A DNA stretch of 64,000 nt, taken from Octopus vulgaris. Its lineage: Eukaryota. Of this stretch, positions 13,459 through 26,276 are shown in pieces. Made by a program: the position numbers and the translations under genes. How positions within the stretch are numbered: the stretch's first letter is position 1; each line of letters opens with the position of its first letter. The stretch lies in assembly GCA_951406725.2 (NCBI GenBank), contig OX597837.1:6386001-6450000 (forward strand), given 5' to 3'. The notes beneath the pieces were generated by a model. It made no database searches, was not told the origin of the DNA, and saw only the letters and a list, made by a program, of their open reading frames with translations.

Positions 13459-14095
13459 TATACATATATGTATAATACATACATATATATGAACACACAC
13501 AGACGCACGGACACTCACACACACACATATTCAATTTTCATTGAATTACCCGTTTCCAAGTTACTGTCAGATGTTTACTTTGGAGCCGCTTAATACCACG
13601 AAAATTCCCGGTACCCGTGACTTTCATCCAAAATTATTAATAAACACGGAATCACAAAAAGCATCCAAGTAAAATATTAGGTGTTATTGCTTGTAAGATA
13701 TTATTACAAGCGCTAATACGAACAACCTATGCTATTAACGTTTTGCCTGAAAAGGTTATCAAACAAAAAAAAACACAAAATTATTATAAACATGAGCGAG
13801 AGAAACAAGGCAACCGGTCATGTGACTTCATTACTAATTTCACACGACATTTATTTTAAAGATTTAAATAAGACACTTAACTGTATGAATGCTTAGATCA
13901 ATATTAGATTCGAAAATTTTCGGTTCAAGAAACAAAACTTTGATAGGGGAAAGTTCGAAAAGTTACCCACGGTCATCAAGCATGTGATTGATTGAAAATT
14001 TGCTGCTGGTGCTAGCAATTGTGGCAAAGGATCTTTCGATCACCGTTCATCGATTTATGAGTAATTTATCTACCGTAGTTATTTAGCATATATAT

Positions 14096-14154
<59 letters not shown>

Positions 14155-14277
14155 CACACACACATATATATATATGTATATATATATATATGTATGTATA
14201 TATATATATATACATATATATAAACACACACACACACATATATATATATATATGTGTGTGTATGTGTATATATATAT

Positions 14278-14633
14278 AGGAGTGGCTGTGTGATAAGTAG
14301 CTTGGTCACCAACCACATGGTTCCGAGTCCAGTCCCACTGCTTGGCAACTTGGGTAAGTTTCTTCTATTATAGCTTCAGGACGACCGAAGCCTTGTAAGT
14401 GGATTTGGTAGACTGAAGCTGAAAGAAGACTGTCATATATAAATGTGTGTGTCTGTGTGTCTGTGTGTGTGTGTGGGGGGGGGGTGTATGCTTGTGTGCC
14501 TGTGTTTGTCCCCCAAACATCACTTGACAACCGAGGCTTATTTGAGGATGGTCACACATATATACATAATATACTCACATACATACATATATATATGCAT
14601 ATATACACACACACACACTCACACATATATATT

Positions 14634-14680
<47 letters not shown>

Positions 14681-14842
14681 TCAATTCGACGGGCTTCTTT
14701 CAGTTTCCGTCTATAAAATCCGCTCACACGTATTTGGGTGGCTGGAGAAAATGTCAGAAGACAGTTGCCCAAGCTGCTACGCCGTGGGACTGAACACGGA
14801 ATCATGTTATTGAAAAAGTAAACTCCTTGCCCCACACCTGCA
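14278..14842. mobile_element. Two partial SINE family A copies in opposite orientation (14278-14535 +; 14685-14842 -)
   Basis: ggagtggctgtgtgataagtagcttgg... and cgacgggcttctttcagtttccgtct...gtgggactgaac. Confidence 0.85.
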
Positions 14843-14871
14843 TATATTTATACATATATATATATATATAT

Positions 14872-14957
<86 letters not shown>

Positions 14958-16139
14958 ATTTATATATATATACACGCACCATTCCTATATACACCAAACA
15001 TCTAAGACTTACACATACCTATATAGTTCTGCTTAATAGAATGAAACAAGGAACCATCATAAAGAAGAAAAAAACAAAATAAATACATACATAAAAGATA
15101 AAACAACTATATATTAGTAAAGTCCTATAAACTGAACGAAATTTCCTTTTTTTTTTCTTGGCTTGAATTTCTATTATTTTATTATTTTTTTCTTTCTATT
15201 GTTGAAGAAGAACAAGAGAAAGTTCTATTGGATTACAAATAACTTTTTCTTTCTCATCTTGTGTCCCTTTCCTTTTATATTCCTCGTCTTTTTCCGTTCT
15301 TTTCTCCTTTATACTCCTCGTCTCCTTTCCTATCTCTTCTTTCATCCGAAAATTCTATCGGCGATTCGACGATTCCAAATTGACTATTACAAAAATGCGT
15401 GCCACGTCACGTGATATTACGCCAGTATTTTCTCAATGTGGCAGAAAAGAGAAAGCGAGAAATAAAATAAAAGATGGCGGCCGTCGTACGAAATACAGAG
15501 ATGTGCAGAGGAAAAAATTTAATTGAATCTACATGCAAGTTATATGAGAGAGGAGAAGGCGAGAGAGTGAAGCGATGGATACGGTGACGGTTTGCGGTAG
15601 AGCGAGGAAGAGGCAGTGTGATGTGGCGTAATACGGAACGGTATGGTGTTGTAGAGAATGGAGTGAAATTGTAAGTTGTATGGTGTGGTAGTGGTGGTGG
15701 TAGGGGGATATTACTACTTCGCTTAGATTCGATTCGAAACTATTGAGAATTTCCTTCACGTCAGACGGTTGAAATTTTAATTCGTCAGCTAAACCGGCGA
15801 AAATTAATACCGGTTGCCTGACATGTCCCAGTAGCATGATAAAAACCTGATGCTAGTATCGAAGAGGGGTTACTGGAAAGTGTAAACGGTGAAGGTGGCG
15901 GGGGCTGGTTATGTTCGGCAGTTTGGATTTTAATGATTGTTTATGGTGTATGGTGACAGAATTTCTTCGGATTCTGATGGTAGTCAGCTTGTTATAATAG
16001 TATTAATAGTGATGGAGTTAGGTGAAGAAATTTTAGAATCGTTAGCACGTCAAAGAAAATGCTTAACGGCATTTCTTGTGACACTTTATATTCTGCGTTC
16101 AAGTACTGCCAAGATGGTAAGAATTACTGCTATGATAGA

Positions 16140-16224
16140 AGTCATCACCGTCATAAGCATCATCGTGATCATCATTATCATCGTCATCATCATGCTTATG
16201 ATCATCATTATCATCATCACCACC

Positions 16225-16292
<68 letters not shown>

Positions 16293-17077
16293 ATTCGTTG
16301 CTGCCGCCGTCGTCATCGTGGTCTTGCTCGGTCGTCATCGTCGTCATCATAACTGGCCTTCCCGCAGTCACCTTCGTCAGCATCACTGTGGTCATCTCAT
16401 GATCATTGTCATTACGGTAACCACTAACACCAACACCTTCATGATGAAGATGATGGTCATCATGATCCTAATCATCATCATCGACCGTCATCATTATCAT
16501 TATCATCATCGTACACACTACAGCCACCGGTAGCATCACCATCACGACCTGGACCACTACCCACCCATCATCACCACCGCTGTTATCATCATCATCATCA
16601 TCGTCATCATCACAAACACCATAACCACCACCACTTTCCTTGTTTGTCCTCTCTGTGTTTAGTACCATCATCCTCATCCTCATCATCATCCTCTTCATCG
16701 TTATCTTCGTCATCGTCTTGATCGTCGTCGTTGTGGCTGTGGTTGTGGTTCTGGTTGTCGTCGAAATCATCATCATTATAAAGACCACCAACACCACAAC
16801 CACCATCATCATCATCACCGCCATCATCATCTCCATCATTATTATCTTCCTCATCGTCTTCGTGGTTGTCGTTGTGGCTGTGGGTGTGATCTTGCTCGTT
16901 GCCATCATCACAAATAATACCTCCACCACCACCATCATCATCATTAATATCATTACCATCATCATCATCACGTGATAACAAGGTTGTTGAATGCGCTGAT
17001 GTTACAAGACAAATATTGGCATTTGTTGAGTGTGTCAATGGTGCTGATAAGAATGGCAGAAGTGTTTGTGGTGGTTA

Positions 17078-17145
<68 letters not shown>

Positions 17146-17300
17146 AATATCGGGATATTGTTCTCGTCATGATTTTTCAAGATCTCGGTGGTGTTACTTG
17201 GTTGTTGCGTTGGCGGTGCTGGTGGTGGTGATGACAATGGTGTGGATGTCTTGGCGGTGGCGGTGGCGGCGGTGATGGTGGTTGTGGTGGTGGTGGTGGT
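16140..17300. repeat. Compound (CAT)/(CAC)/(CGT)/(TAG)/(GGT) trinucleotide low-complexity region
   Basis: Direct reading; source of the poly-H/poly-D/poly-I ORFs. Confidence 0.92.
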
Positions 17301-17739
17301 TAGCACGCGATATTCTGAAGACAAGGCGTAAAATAAACCAGTTCAGTTGTTGTAAATCTTGTTAGCAACATTTTGGTTAGTGTCTGGATTCCGACACAAG
17401 AGAACGAACCTGTCAATAACTGACAGGTTTGATGGGTGCGTAAATGTATATTTAAACATCACGAACACTTATTCCTTATTTGTCTTCATTTCATAACACA
17501 CACACACACATACAAATATACGCGCGCACATATACACACGCACGCACGCACACTTCATTTCGAAACGGCCAACGCTTCCAAAACTTTCGTCTCAAGAATA
17601 CTAATTTCTCTTCCAGGACTTCTCCAGTTCCTCAGTTCAATTTATTGACAAAAAGCGTTCGTCTATTATTCTTACAATTTACAGGAAATTGAAATAAGGG
17701 AATTACAACAATAGTAGCAAAATCTGTAACCATAGTAAT

Positions 17740-18155
17740 TCTTTCTGCCAAAAGCGCAAAGCCTGAAATTTCAGAGGAGGGCGGCTAATCAATTAAATAG
17801 ACCCCAGTATTTCAGTGGTACTTAATTTATCGACCAAGAAAGGATGAAAGGCAAAGCCGACCTCGGCGGAATTTGAAATCAGAACGTAAAGACGAACGAA
17901 ATGCCGCTACGATTCCGCCACCTCGCCGACTTAACAATAACAATAATGATTTCAAATTTTGGCACAAGGCCAGCAAGTTCAGGGGAGGGGTAGATCCGAT
18001 TACATCCAGCTCAGTACTCAAACGGTCCTGAAGTTTATCGACCACGGAAGGATGAAAGACAAATTCGACCTTGGCGGAATTTGACCTCAGAATGTAGCGA
18101 CGAGCGAAATGCCGGTAAGCTTTTCGCCCGGCTTGCTAACAATTCTGTCAGCTCG
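17740..18155 (-). mobile_element. Two adjacent diverged SINE family B copies
   Basis: aaggatgaaaggcaaagccgacctcggcggaatttgaa at ~17840 and aggatgaaagacaaattcgaccttggcggaatttga at ~18049. Confidence 0.85.
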
Positions 18156-18196
18156 TCGTATATATACGTATATATATATGTATAAATATGTATATA

Positions 18197-18230
<34 letters not shown>

Positions 18231-18542
18231 ATAGTGTAATAAATAAAATATATACATACATACAAACATATATGTACGTACCTACATCTACATGTATATA
18301 TACATGCATATATAACTATATATACGTGTGTACAGGACACCACAAATAGACGTAGAACACAACGAGAAACGAAAAAGTAAAAACAGCATGGAACGGACCA
18401 TTTTTTTTAACAACGAAAAAACAAAGTACAAGACAACTACACAAGAAAAAATCCCTTTCATCAGCTGTCCCTAGTTGAACTCCAGCGTGTTTCGAAGGTG
18501 TCGATTCGAATCGTTTCGTTTCTTCTTCTTCTTCTCTAAGCT

Positions 18543-18595
<53 letters not shown>

Positions 18596-18729
18596 ATATA
18601 TATATATATATGTATGTTAACATACATTTGTGTGTGGTCTAGCGATTATACCTTTTCTGTGTGGTGCTGTGTGTATTACTTGGAATTTTAATTAAGATGT
18701 ATAATTTATTTCGTCATATTCTTCCTTTG

Positions 18730-18765
<36 letters not shown>

Positions 18766-19460
18766 CACACGGAACCATCTGGTAGGGAATCATGTTTCTT
18801 ACAGCGCATCCACACTGCGCTTCTACCCGTGCCTGCGCCTATAGCCACGCCCGTGCCTGTTGCTGCGCCTATAGCCGCGCATGTACCTGTTGCTGCGCCT
18901 ATATATATGCGTGTGTATATGTGTGATTGTGTGTGTAATACATGTGGACGCGTCTACGTTTTTCGGTGCTCCTTTATAGCCGGTATTTCAACAAACAAAT
19001 GCAAAACATAGGCATAATATTAAGATGTATTAAGAACCACCGACGTGGTTGGTGGAGTTTGTTGCTATGAGATGCAGAGGAAAATGAGAATAAAACAAGA
19101 GAACTTACCTTTCTTATATTTTTCGTGTATTTTCTTCTGTTGTCAGCTATATGTGACAAAAGTAGATATGTATGCAAATAATGGATACGTTTTGAACAGA
19201 AGCAAAGAGAGAAAGTTGGAAAAATATGGATTAAAAAAAAATAAATAAATAAATAAATAAATAGAAATGATGCTGATGAAGATAACAATATCATCACCAC
19301 CATCATCTTCATCATCATCATCGTGTTGGTCTTCGTCGTCGTCGTCATCATCATCATCATCACCACCACTACCATCATCTTCATCATCATCATCCTCGTC
19401 ATCAACTACGTGAATAACAGCAACAACAACAAAAATAACAGCAACGACAGGAACAATAAC

Positions 19461-19490
19461 TAATAATAATAATAATAATAGTAGTAGTAG

Positions 19491-19521
<31 letters not shown>

Positions 19522-19612
19522 AGTAATAATGATAATAATAATAATAATAATAATAGTAATGGTAATAATAGTAATAATAATAATAATAATAATAATAGTA
19601 GTAATGGTAATA

Positions 19613-19657
<45 letters not shown>

Positions 19658-19714
19658 GTAATGGTAATAATAGTAATAATAATAATAATAATAATAATAG
19701 TAGTAATGGTAATA

Positions 19715-19750
<36 letters not shown>

Positions 19751-19762
19751 GTAATGGTAATA

Positions 19763-19798
<36 letters not shown>

Positions 19799-19828
19799 GT
19801 AGTAGTAATAATAATAATAATAAATAAT
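19461..19828. repeat. (TAA)n tract with recurring tagtaatggtaataatagtaa interruptions
   Basis: Direct reading; the same interruption appears five times. Confidence 0.93.
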
Positions 19829-20384
19829 AAATGCCCTGATGCAGTACCAGGCAGTGGCTCTCATGGCTTCTGATCTTAACTGATTGGAAGTGTTATCATG
19901 TACATTGTTTTGTCTTGGTATAAAAGATGGGCTACAGCAAATATTCTGCTCAATACCACAGATTTGCTTGTCAGTTGTTTGACCTTGACCAGTTGAGCAT
20001 GTCCCTTAGTGGCTGACGATATGTGCATCTCTGATCACGAGCAGAAGTAGTGGGGAGCATCATAGCCATGTGTTGAGAGGGATTCTTTGGGTTTGAATAA
20101 TTCACCTCTGGAAACATGGGTGTTTCATTCAACATCCTTAAACAACCCTTATTCAGGGACTGTTTGAGCGGGATGGGCTACTCAACCTGAAGAAAATTCT
20201 AACTGGGCCCCACCTGCAAGGTCATGTGCTGTTTATCTTGATATGAGATCACCATGTCGCGCACATATGGTTGTGATGCATGTGCCTGGTGTACCTTTAT
20301 CAGACGGGTAGTCATGATGGGTATATTGGGCATCGTATATTTTACCCCAGTGTCACTTTGATGGCATGAACTGCTCTCTCACTC
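19829..20384 (+). mobile_element. Non-coding ~555-bp element X inserted in (TAA)n, copy 1
   Basis: Nearly identical over its full length to 23124-23681, same start (aaatgccctgatgcagtacc) and end (ctctctcactc); (TAA)n on both sides; no ORF in the track; no obvious Pol III boxes. Confidence 0.85.
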
Positions 20385-20440
<56 letters not shown>

Positions 20441-20557
20441 TGAAGGAATTAATATTCATGGAACAGCTGATCTCTCAAAACAGATTTATTGATGGAAACA
20501 TTAATGGAATTTTAAAGTTTGTATAATATAAACGTTTGTGTGTGTTTATATACATAC

Positions 20558-20688
<131 letters not shown>

Positions 20689-21285
20689 CATATATATATA
20701 TATTCTTGCGTATTTTTGAAAATGCACAGATAAGTAAATAGACAAATAGCTATAGAATGATGCAGATAGATAAAATGATAAACAAATTACTAAATGGAAT
20801 GTGTGTGTGTATATATATATACACACACAGAGAGGGGGGATGAGTAGAAAGAGAGACGGATCTGTGTACGTGTGTATACATATATTTATATATTTTAGCA
20901 CCTTTACATACATATCTAATCATATTACAGGCACACACACACACACATATATACATATATTATTTTATTCATAATTTCACGTATTTACTTTTTTGCATCA
21001 TAGTTTAATTTTATTTGTGTGTTACTTTGCCGTATTTCATCCAATTTTCCCTATTCTTTCTCCATTTTAAAACATCCAAAATTATGCGCCCTTGAGTTCT
21101 GCTTTGCACTACCTCATCCACCCTTTCTTAGGAACCTCCATCACTCTGCCTCCCCCACCCAATATATCCTGTGGTATATTTACTACTCTTTCTATGAAGA
21201 ATTCTGCAAAATTTGACCACGTCTACAAATGTTTATTTAAGTAGCCTCACCCAGTCCTATTTAAAATCCAAGATATTATTTTGAG

Positions 21286-21636
21286 TGGCACTCCATCGGA
21301 TACGACGACGAGGGTTCTCGTTGATCCGATCAACGGAACAACCTGCTCGTGAGCACTCCGCAGACATGTGTACCCTTAACGTAATTCTCAGGGGAGATTC
21401 AGCGTGAGACAGAGTGTGGCAAGGCTGGCCCCTTTGAAATTCAGGTACAACAGAAACAGAAAGAAAGAGTGAGGGAAATTTGTGGTGGAAGAATACAGCA
21501 GGATTCACCGCCACCTCCTGCCAGAGCTTCGTGGAGCTTTAGGTGTTTTCGCTCAATAAACACTTCCAACGCCCGGTCTGGGAATCGAAACCGTGATCTT
21601 AAGGCCGCGAGTCCGCTGCCCTAACCACTGCGCCAC
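21286..21636 (-). mobile_element. SINE family C (tRNA-Arg-like head), near full length
   Basis: Minus strand begins gtggcgcagtggttagggcagcggactcgcggcc...ggtttcgattcccagacc (A box, TCG anticodon-like loop, B box), followed by a non-tRNA body shared with 28469-28650 and 11175-11456. Confidence 0.85.
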
Positions 21637-21995
21637 AATATTATTTTAGTAAATATTCAATGTTACTATTCACCTCCAACGATTTCTGCGTAAATGCAAC
21701 AGCACTAGTCTCGTAAGTGCCACATATCATTGAATTATTTCAGATATCTCTATTTTTTTTTTTTTTGTATTTAAGCGAGGTAACCGATATTAGAAATGAG
21801 TTACTTCACTTTCCTTACAGATTTTCAGTTCGCGACGGAATTGTTGATTCCAAATATGCGTTTCGATACACAACAATGGATTCTTTCGTCATAGACGTCC
21901 TATGCTTTTGTCGAAAAACCTGCACAAATGATTTGTGTATAGGATCCAGAACGAAATAGCACTAAGCAATTCTTCCCGCATGCTAATGGGAAATG

Positions 21996-22359
21996 AGGAT
22001 AGTCAGTTACATTGACCCCAGTGCGTAACTGGTACTTATTTCATCGACCCCTGAAAGTATGAAAGGCGAAGTCCACCTCGGCGGAATTCGAACTCAGAAC
22101 GTAGCAGCAGACGAAATACCCATTTCTTTATTATCCACAACGGGCTAAACATAGAGGGGACAAACAAGGACAGACATAGGTATTAATTCGATTACATCGA
22201 CCCCTGTGCGTAACTGGTACTTAATGTATCGACCCCGAAAGGATGAAAGGCAAACTCGACTTCGGCGGAATTTGAACTCCGAACGTAGCAGCAGACGAAA
22301 TACCGCTAAGCATTACGCCCAGCGTGCTAACGGTTCTGCCAGTTCGCCGCCTTCAGGTC

Positions 22360-22419
<60 letters not shown>

Positions 22420-22650
22420 TGATTATGATGATGATGATAAATTAAAATTTGGCAGAAAGGCAGCAATTTCGGTGAAGGGGCTAAGTCGGTTACATAGACC
22501 CCAGTGCTCAACTTGTGTACTTATTTTATCGACCCCGAAAAGATGACTAGCAAAAAAATCGATCTCGGTGGAGTCTGAAGTCAAATCGTTAAGACGGACG
22601 CAATGCCACTGAGCACTTCGCCGGCGTGTAAACTGTTCTACTAGGTCACC
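21996..22650 (-). mobile_element. SINE family B multimer (21996-22331) plus a diverged copy (22440-22650)
   Basis: Repeated family B core; head reverse complement ctgccagttcgccgcc at 22336-22351. Confidence 0.85.
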
Positions 22651-22670
22651 ACCCCCAAAAATGTGAAATG

Positions 22671-22732
<62 letters not shown>

Positions 22733-22733
<1 letters not shown>

Positions 22734-23143
22734 TGCAGTACCAAATGCCCTGATGCAGTACCAAATGCCCTGATGCAGTACCAAATGCCCTGATGCAGTA
22801 CCAAATGCCCTGATGCAGTACCAAATGCCCTGATGCAGTACCAAATGCCCTGATGCAGTACCAAATGCCCTGATGCAGTACCTAATGCCCTGATGCAGTA
22901 CCAAATGCCCTGATGCAGTACCAAATGCCCTGATGCAGTACCAAATGCCCTGATGCAGTACCAAATGCCCTGATGCAGTACCTAATGCCCTGATGCAGTA
23001 CCAAATGCCCTGATGCAGTACCAAATGCCCTGATGCAGTACCTTAATGCCCTGATGCAGTACCAAATGCCCTGATGCAGTACCAAATGCCCTGATGCAGT
23101 ACCAAATGCCCTGATGCAGTACCAAATGCCCTGATGCAGTACC
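22733..23143 (+). repeat. 20-bp tandem array (aaatgccctgatgcagtacc) x20 plus a half unit, equal to the amplified 5' end of element X
   Basis: Units start at 22743 every 20 bp; variants taatgcc at 22883 and 22983, ttaatgcc at 23043; no spacers. Confidence 0.97.
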
Positions 23144-23681
23144 AGGCAGTGGCTCTCATGGCTTCTGATCTTAACTGATTGGAAGTGTTATCATGTACAT
23201 TGTTTTGTCTTGGTATAAAAGATGGGCTACAGCAAATATTCTGCTCAATACCACAGATTTGCTTGTCAGTTGTTTGACCTTAACCAGTTGAGCATGTCCC
23301 TTAGTGGCTGACGATATGTGCATCTCTGATCACGAGCAGAAGTAGTGGGGGAGCATCATAGCCATGTGTTGAGAGGGATTCTTTGGGGTTTGAATAGTTC
23401 ACCTCTGGAAACATAGGTGGTTCTTTCAACATCCTTAAACAACCCTTATTCAGGGACCGTTTGAGCGGGATGGGCTACTCAACCTGAAGAAAATTCTAAC
23501 TGGGCCCCACCTGCAAGGTCATGTGCTGTTTATCTTGATATGAGATCACCATGTCGCGCACATATGGTTGTGATGCATGTGCCTGGTGTACCTTTATCAG
23601 ACGGGTAGTCATGATGGGTATATTGGGCTTCGTATATTTTACCCCAGTGTCACTTTGATGGCATGAACTGCTCTCTCACTC
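23124..23681 (+). mobile_element. Non-coding element X, copy 2
   Basis: Same sequence as 19829-20384; followed by (AAT)n. Confidence 0.88.
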
Positions 23682-23702
23682 AATAATAATAATAATAATA
23701 AT

Positions 23703-24362
23703 ATCTCAACAGACACGATAGAACTGCACAATATATTCACTGGGTAATCTGCAAAAACCTGGATTTGCCCCATGAAAAAAACTGGTGGGAACACAAACCA
23801 CCCCCAGTGCTTGAAAATGACTACATCTCACTCCTCTGGAACTTCACCATTCAAACATCATATTGAAAGACTTCAAACAAAGAACATGCCTCCTCATTGA
23901 TATGACTGTCCCAATCGATATAAACGTATCTGTCAAGACCTACCAAAAACTGAGCAAATATAAAGATCTTGAAATAGAAATCAGCAAAATGTGGAACCTG
24001 AAGACTAAAACAATACCTGTTGTCATAGGTGCCCTGGGAATGATAGCAAAAGGGGCTGATAGCTACCTAACTCAGATACCAGGAAACCCCAAAATGGCAG
24101 AAATTCAAAAGATAGTGCCCATGGGAACTGCTCATATCCTACGCAAAATACTTTCTATGTAATCTCAAGGTTTAAAACAAACGTAATTTTCGGTTTAAAA
24201 AAAAAATTTTTTTTTTAGACATTCATTAGTACAACCCCCCTCCCCCAAATATATGGCACACTAGGCATAACAACAACATGAACTTCCAACCTGTTGTCTC
24301 TTGAGGTCTCTGGGTGAAACTTGGAGTCAACTTGTACAAATATAAAGCAAAAGTCAAACATA

Positions 24363-24364
<2 letters not shown>
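23703..24364 (+). mobile_element. 5'-truncated R4/Dong-like non-LTR retrotransposon (endonuclease end plus 3' UTR) in (TAA)n
   Basis: Encodes LNRHDRTAQYIHWVICK...LLIDMTVP...KLSKYKDL...IPVVIGALG...GTAHILRKILSM*, nearly the same as the 62787-63902 ORF. A 31-nt deletion after 23856 removes the RPD motif. Ends gtcaaacataga followed by (ATA)n. Confidence 0.9.
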
Positions 24365-24404
<40 letters not shown>

Positions 24405-24411
24405 CAATAAT

Positions 24412-24547
24412 ACACACGTATTGAGAAGAGCATTGTCGATGTGAGAACTATTACTACCCATGTATACTATGAGTTTCTTTGCCCTAGGAGTCGGGAAGAC
24501 ACTCGGCAAGAAATGGAAGCAAATTTGAAAGAAGAAGAAAAACCCAT
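24412..24547 (+). mobile_element. Very short 3' remnant of a second R4/Dong-like family in the same (TAA)n tract
   Basis: aca cac gta ttg aga aga gca ttg tcg atg tga = THVLRRALSM*, paralleling AHILRKILSM*; a different ~100-nt 3' UTR, then (TAA)n. Confidence 0.7.
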
Positions 24548-24570
24548 AAATAATAATAACAATAATAATG

Positions 24571-24632
<62 letters not shown>

Positions 24633-25756
24633 TGACCGCGTTATATAATAGACTTGAAAAATTTGAAAAATATCTCTGAAAACATAAGGGTGGCGGTTAG
24701 AAAAAAAAGCCTTTGATCACAGATATACCGGAACAGAATTGACTTGTTGCTGAGGATGGTGGCTATAGAACAGCACCAATCATGATCACCACCACCACCA
24801 ACAACAACAACAGCAACAGAAAAGTAACAAGAATTCAATATGTAAAAAAAAAAATAAATACATACATATATTTTTTACATAATGTATCAATGTTATTGTT
24901 AATAATGTAAAATGGCTCTGCAAGTAATTTTGCCTTGTTAAAATATTGAAAATCTGCCAAAATGACCATGTAGTTGATTGTAAATTGTGATATGATTGGT
25001 TGCTGTTGTTGTTGTTGCTGTTGTTGTTGTTGTTGCTGTTGTTGCTGCTCCTGGTGTTGTTGTTGCTGTTGTTGTTAGTGGTGATTGTGTAGTAGTCATC
25101 GTGGTAATGCTTTTTTTTTGTTACTTTTGTTGTTGCTGTTCATCTTGTCGATTGCTGTATGAATGCTCTTGACAACGGTGTAATGAAAATGGTACCACTG
25201 TTGTTGACAGTGCTAGGAGCGGTAGTGGTGCTATTGGTGTTAGTGGTGGTTGTAGTGTTAACCGTGTCAGTGATAGTGTAGTTGTCGCTGATGTTGGCGG
25301 GCGTGTTGCTGTTATTGTTAGTGGTAGTAGTAATAGTAGTAGTAGTAGTAGTAGTAATAGTGGTAGTATTAGTAATAATAGTAGTAGTAGTAGTAGTAGT
25401 AGTAGTATTAATAGTAGTAGTAGTAATAGTAGTAGTAGTAGTAGTAGTAGCTGCAGTTGCAGCAGTGTTTACGCAGTAATGCCCAAGGGCCGGCAGTGAT
25501 ATTTAGCGAGATCCCTAAGCCCTTAGCACGACCGTCCACCAAAGTAGTAACATAATCTAAAAAAGGCATTACACTATAAGTAGTAGTAGTAGTAATGGTG
25601 GTAGTAGCAGTAGTAGTAATAGCAGTAGCATTAGTAGGAGGAGGAGGAGGCAGAGGAGGAGACAAGAGCGCTATTGTTGTTTGCTGTAGTAGTATCAATG
25701 GTAGAATCAGTCCCATCCCGCAAATCGTGTCCTTGAGCAAGACTATATATATATTG

Positions 25757-25993
25757 TACTCTCTTATTACTCCTTTACTTGTTTCAGTCATTTGACTGCG
25801 GCCATGCTGGAGCACCGCCTTTTAGTCGAGCAAATCGATCCCACAGGACTTATTCTTTGTAAGCCTAGTACTTACACCATCGGTCTCTTTTTGCCGAATC
25901 GCTAAGTTACAGGGACATAAACACACCAGCAACGGTTATCAAGCGATGTTGAGGGGACAAACATAGACACACAAACATATACACACACATACA

Positions 25994-26067
<74 letters not shown>

Positions 26068-26209
26068 CATATATACAGTTTCCGTCCACCAAATCCACTC
26101 ACAAGGCTTTGGTCGGCCCGAGGCTATAGTAGAAGGCAATTGCCCAAGGTGCCACGCAGTGGGACTCAACCCGGAACCATGTGGTTGGTACCACACAGCC
26201 ACTCCTACG

Positions 26210-26211
<2 letters not shown>
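25757..26211 (-). mobile_element. SINE family A, near full length
   Basis: Reverse complement of tail (tttacttgtttcagtcatttgactgcggccatgctggagcaccgcc) through head (ccacacagccactcctacgcc). Confidence 0.92.

Positions 26212-26276
<65 letters not shown>

Noticed and set aside
18330-18545. Additional hammerhead on the minus strand (CTGATGA at 18458-18464, GAAAC at 18489-18493) in a TA-flanked repeat
   Set aside because: GAAAC lies upstream of CTGATGA, there is no GUH after a pairable stem III, and I could not build the stems. It may be a decayed Penelope-like end but is unsupported.
18826-18901. PVPAPIA-type repeat peptide
   Set aside because: A three-unit 24-30-bp minisatellite resembling the reversed SINE A start (cctgcgcctata); no evidence of coding.
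20005-20050. Hammerhead inside element X (CTGACGA at 20013)
   Set aside because: Followed by GAAG rather than GAAA with no stem III/GUH; these bases fit better in the long-range helices of X.
21560-21636. tRNA-Arg gene
   Set aside because: The tRNA-like portion continues into a repeated SINE body and lacks a clean acceptor stem and terminator; the same holds for the other SINE heads.
22733-23143. CRISPR array
   Set aside because: The 20-bp units are contiguous with no unique spacers, there are no cas genes, and the context is eukaryotic.
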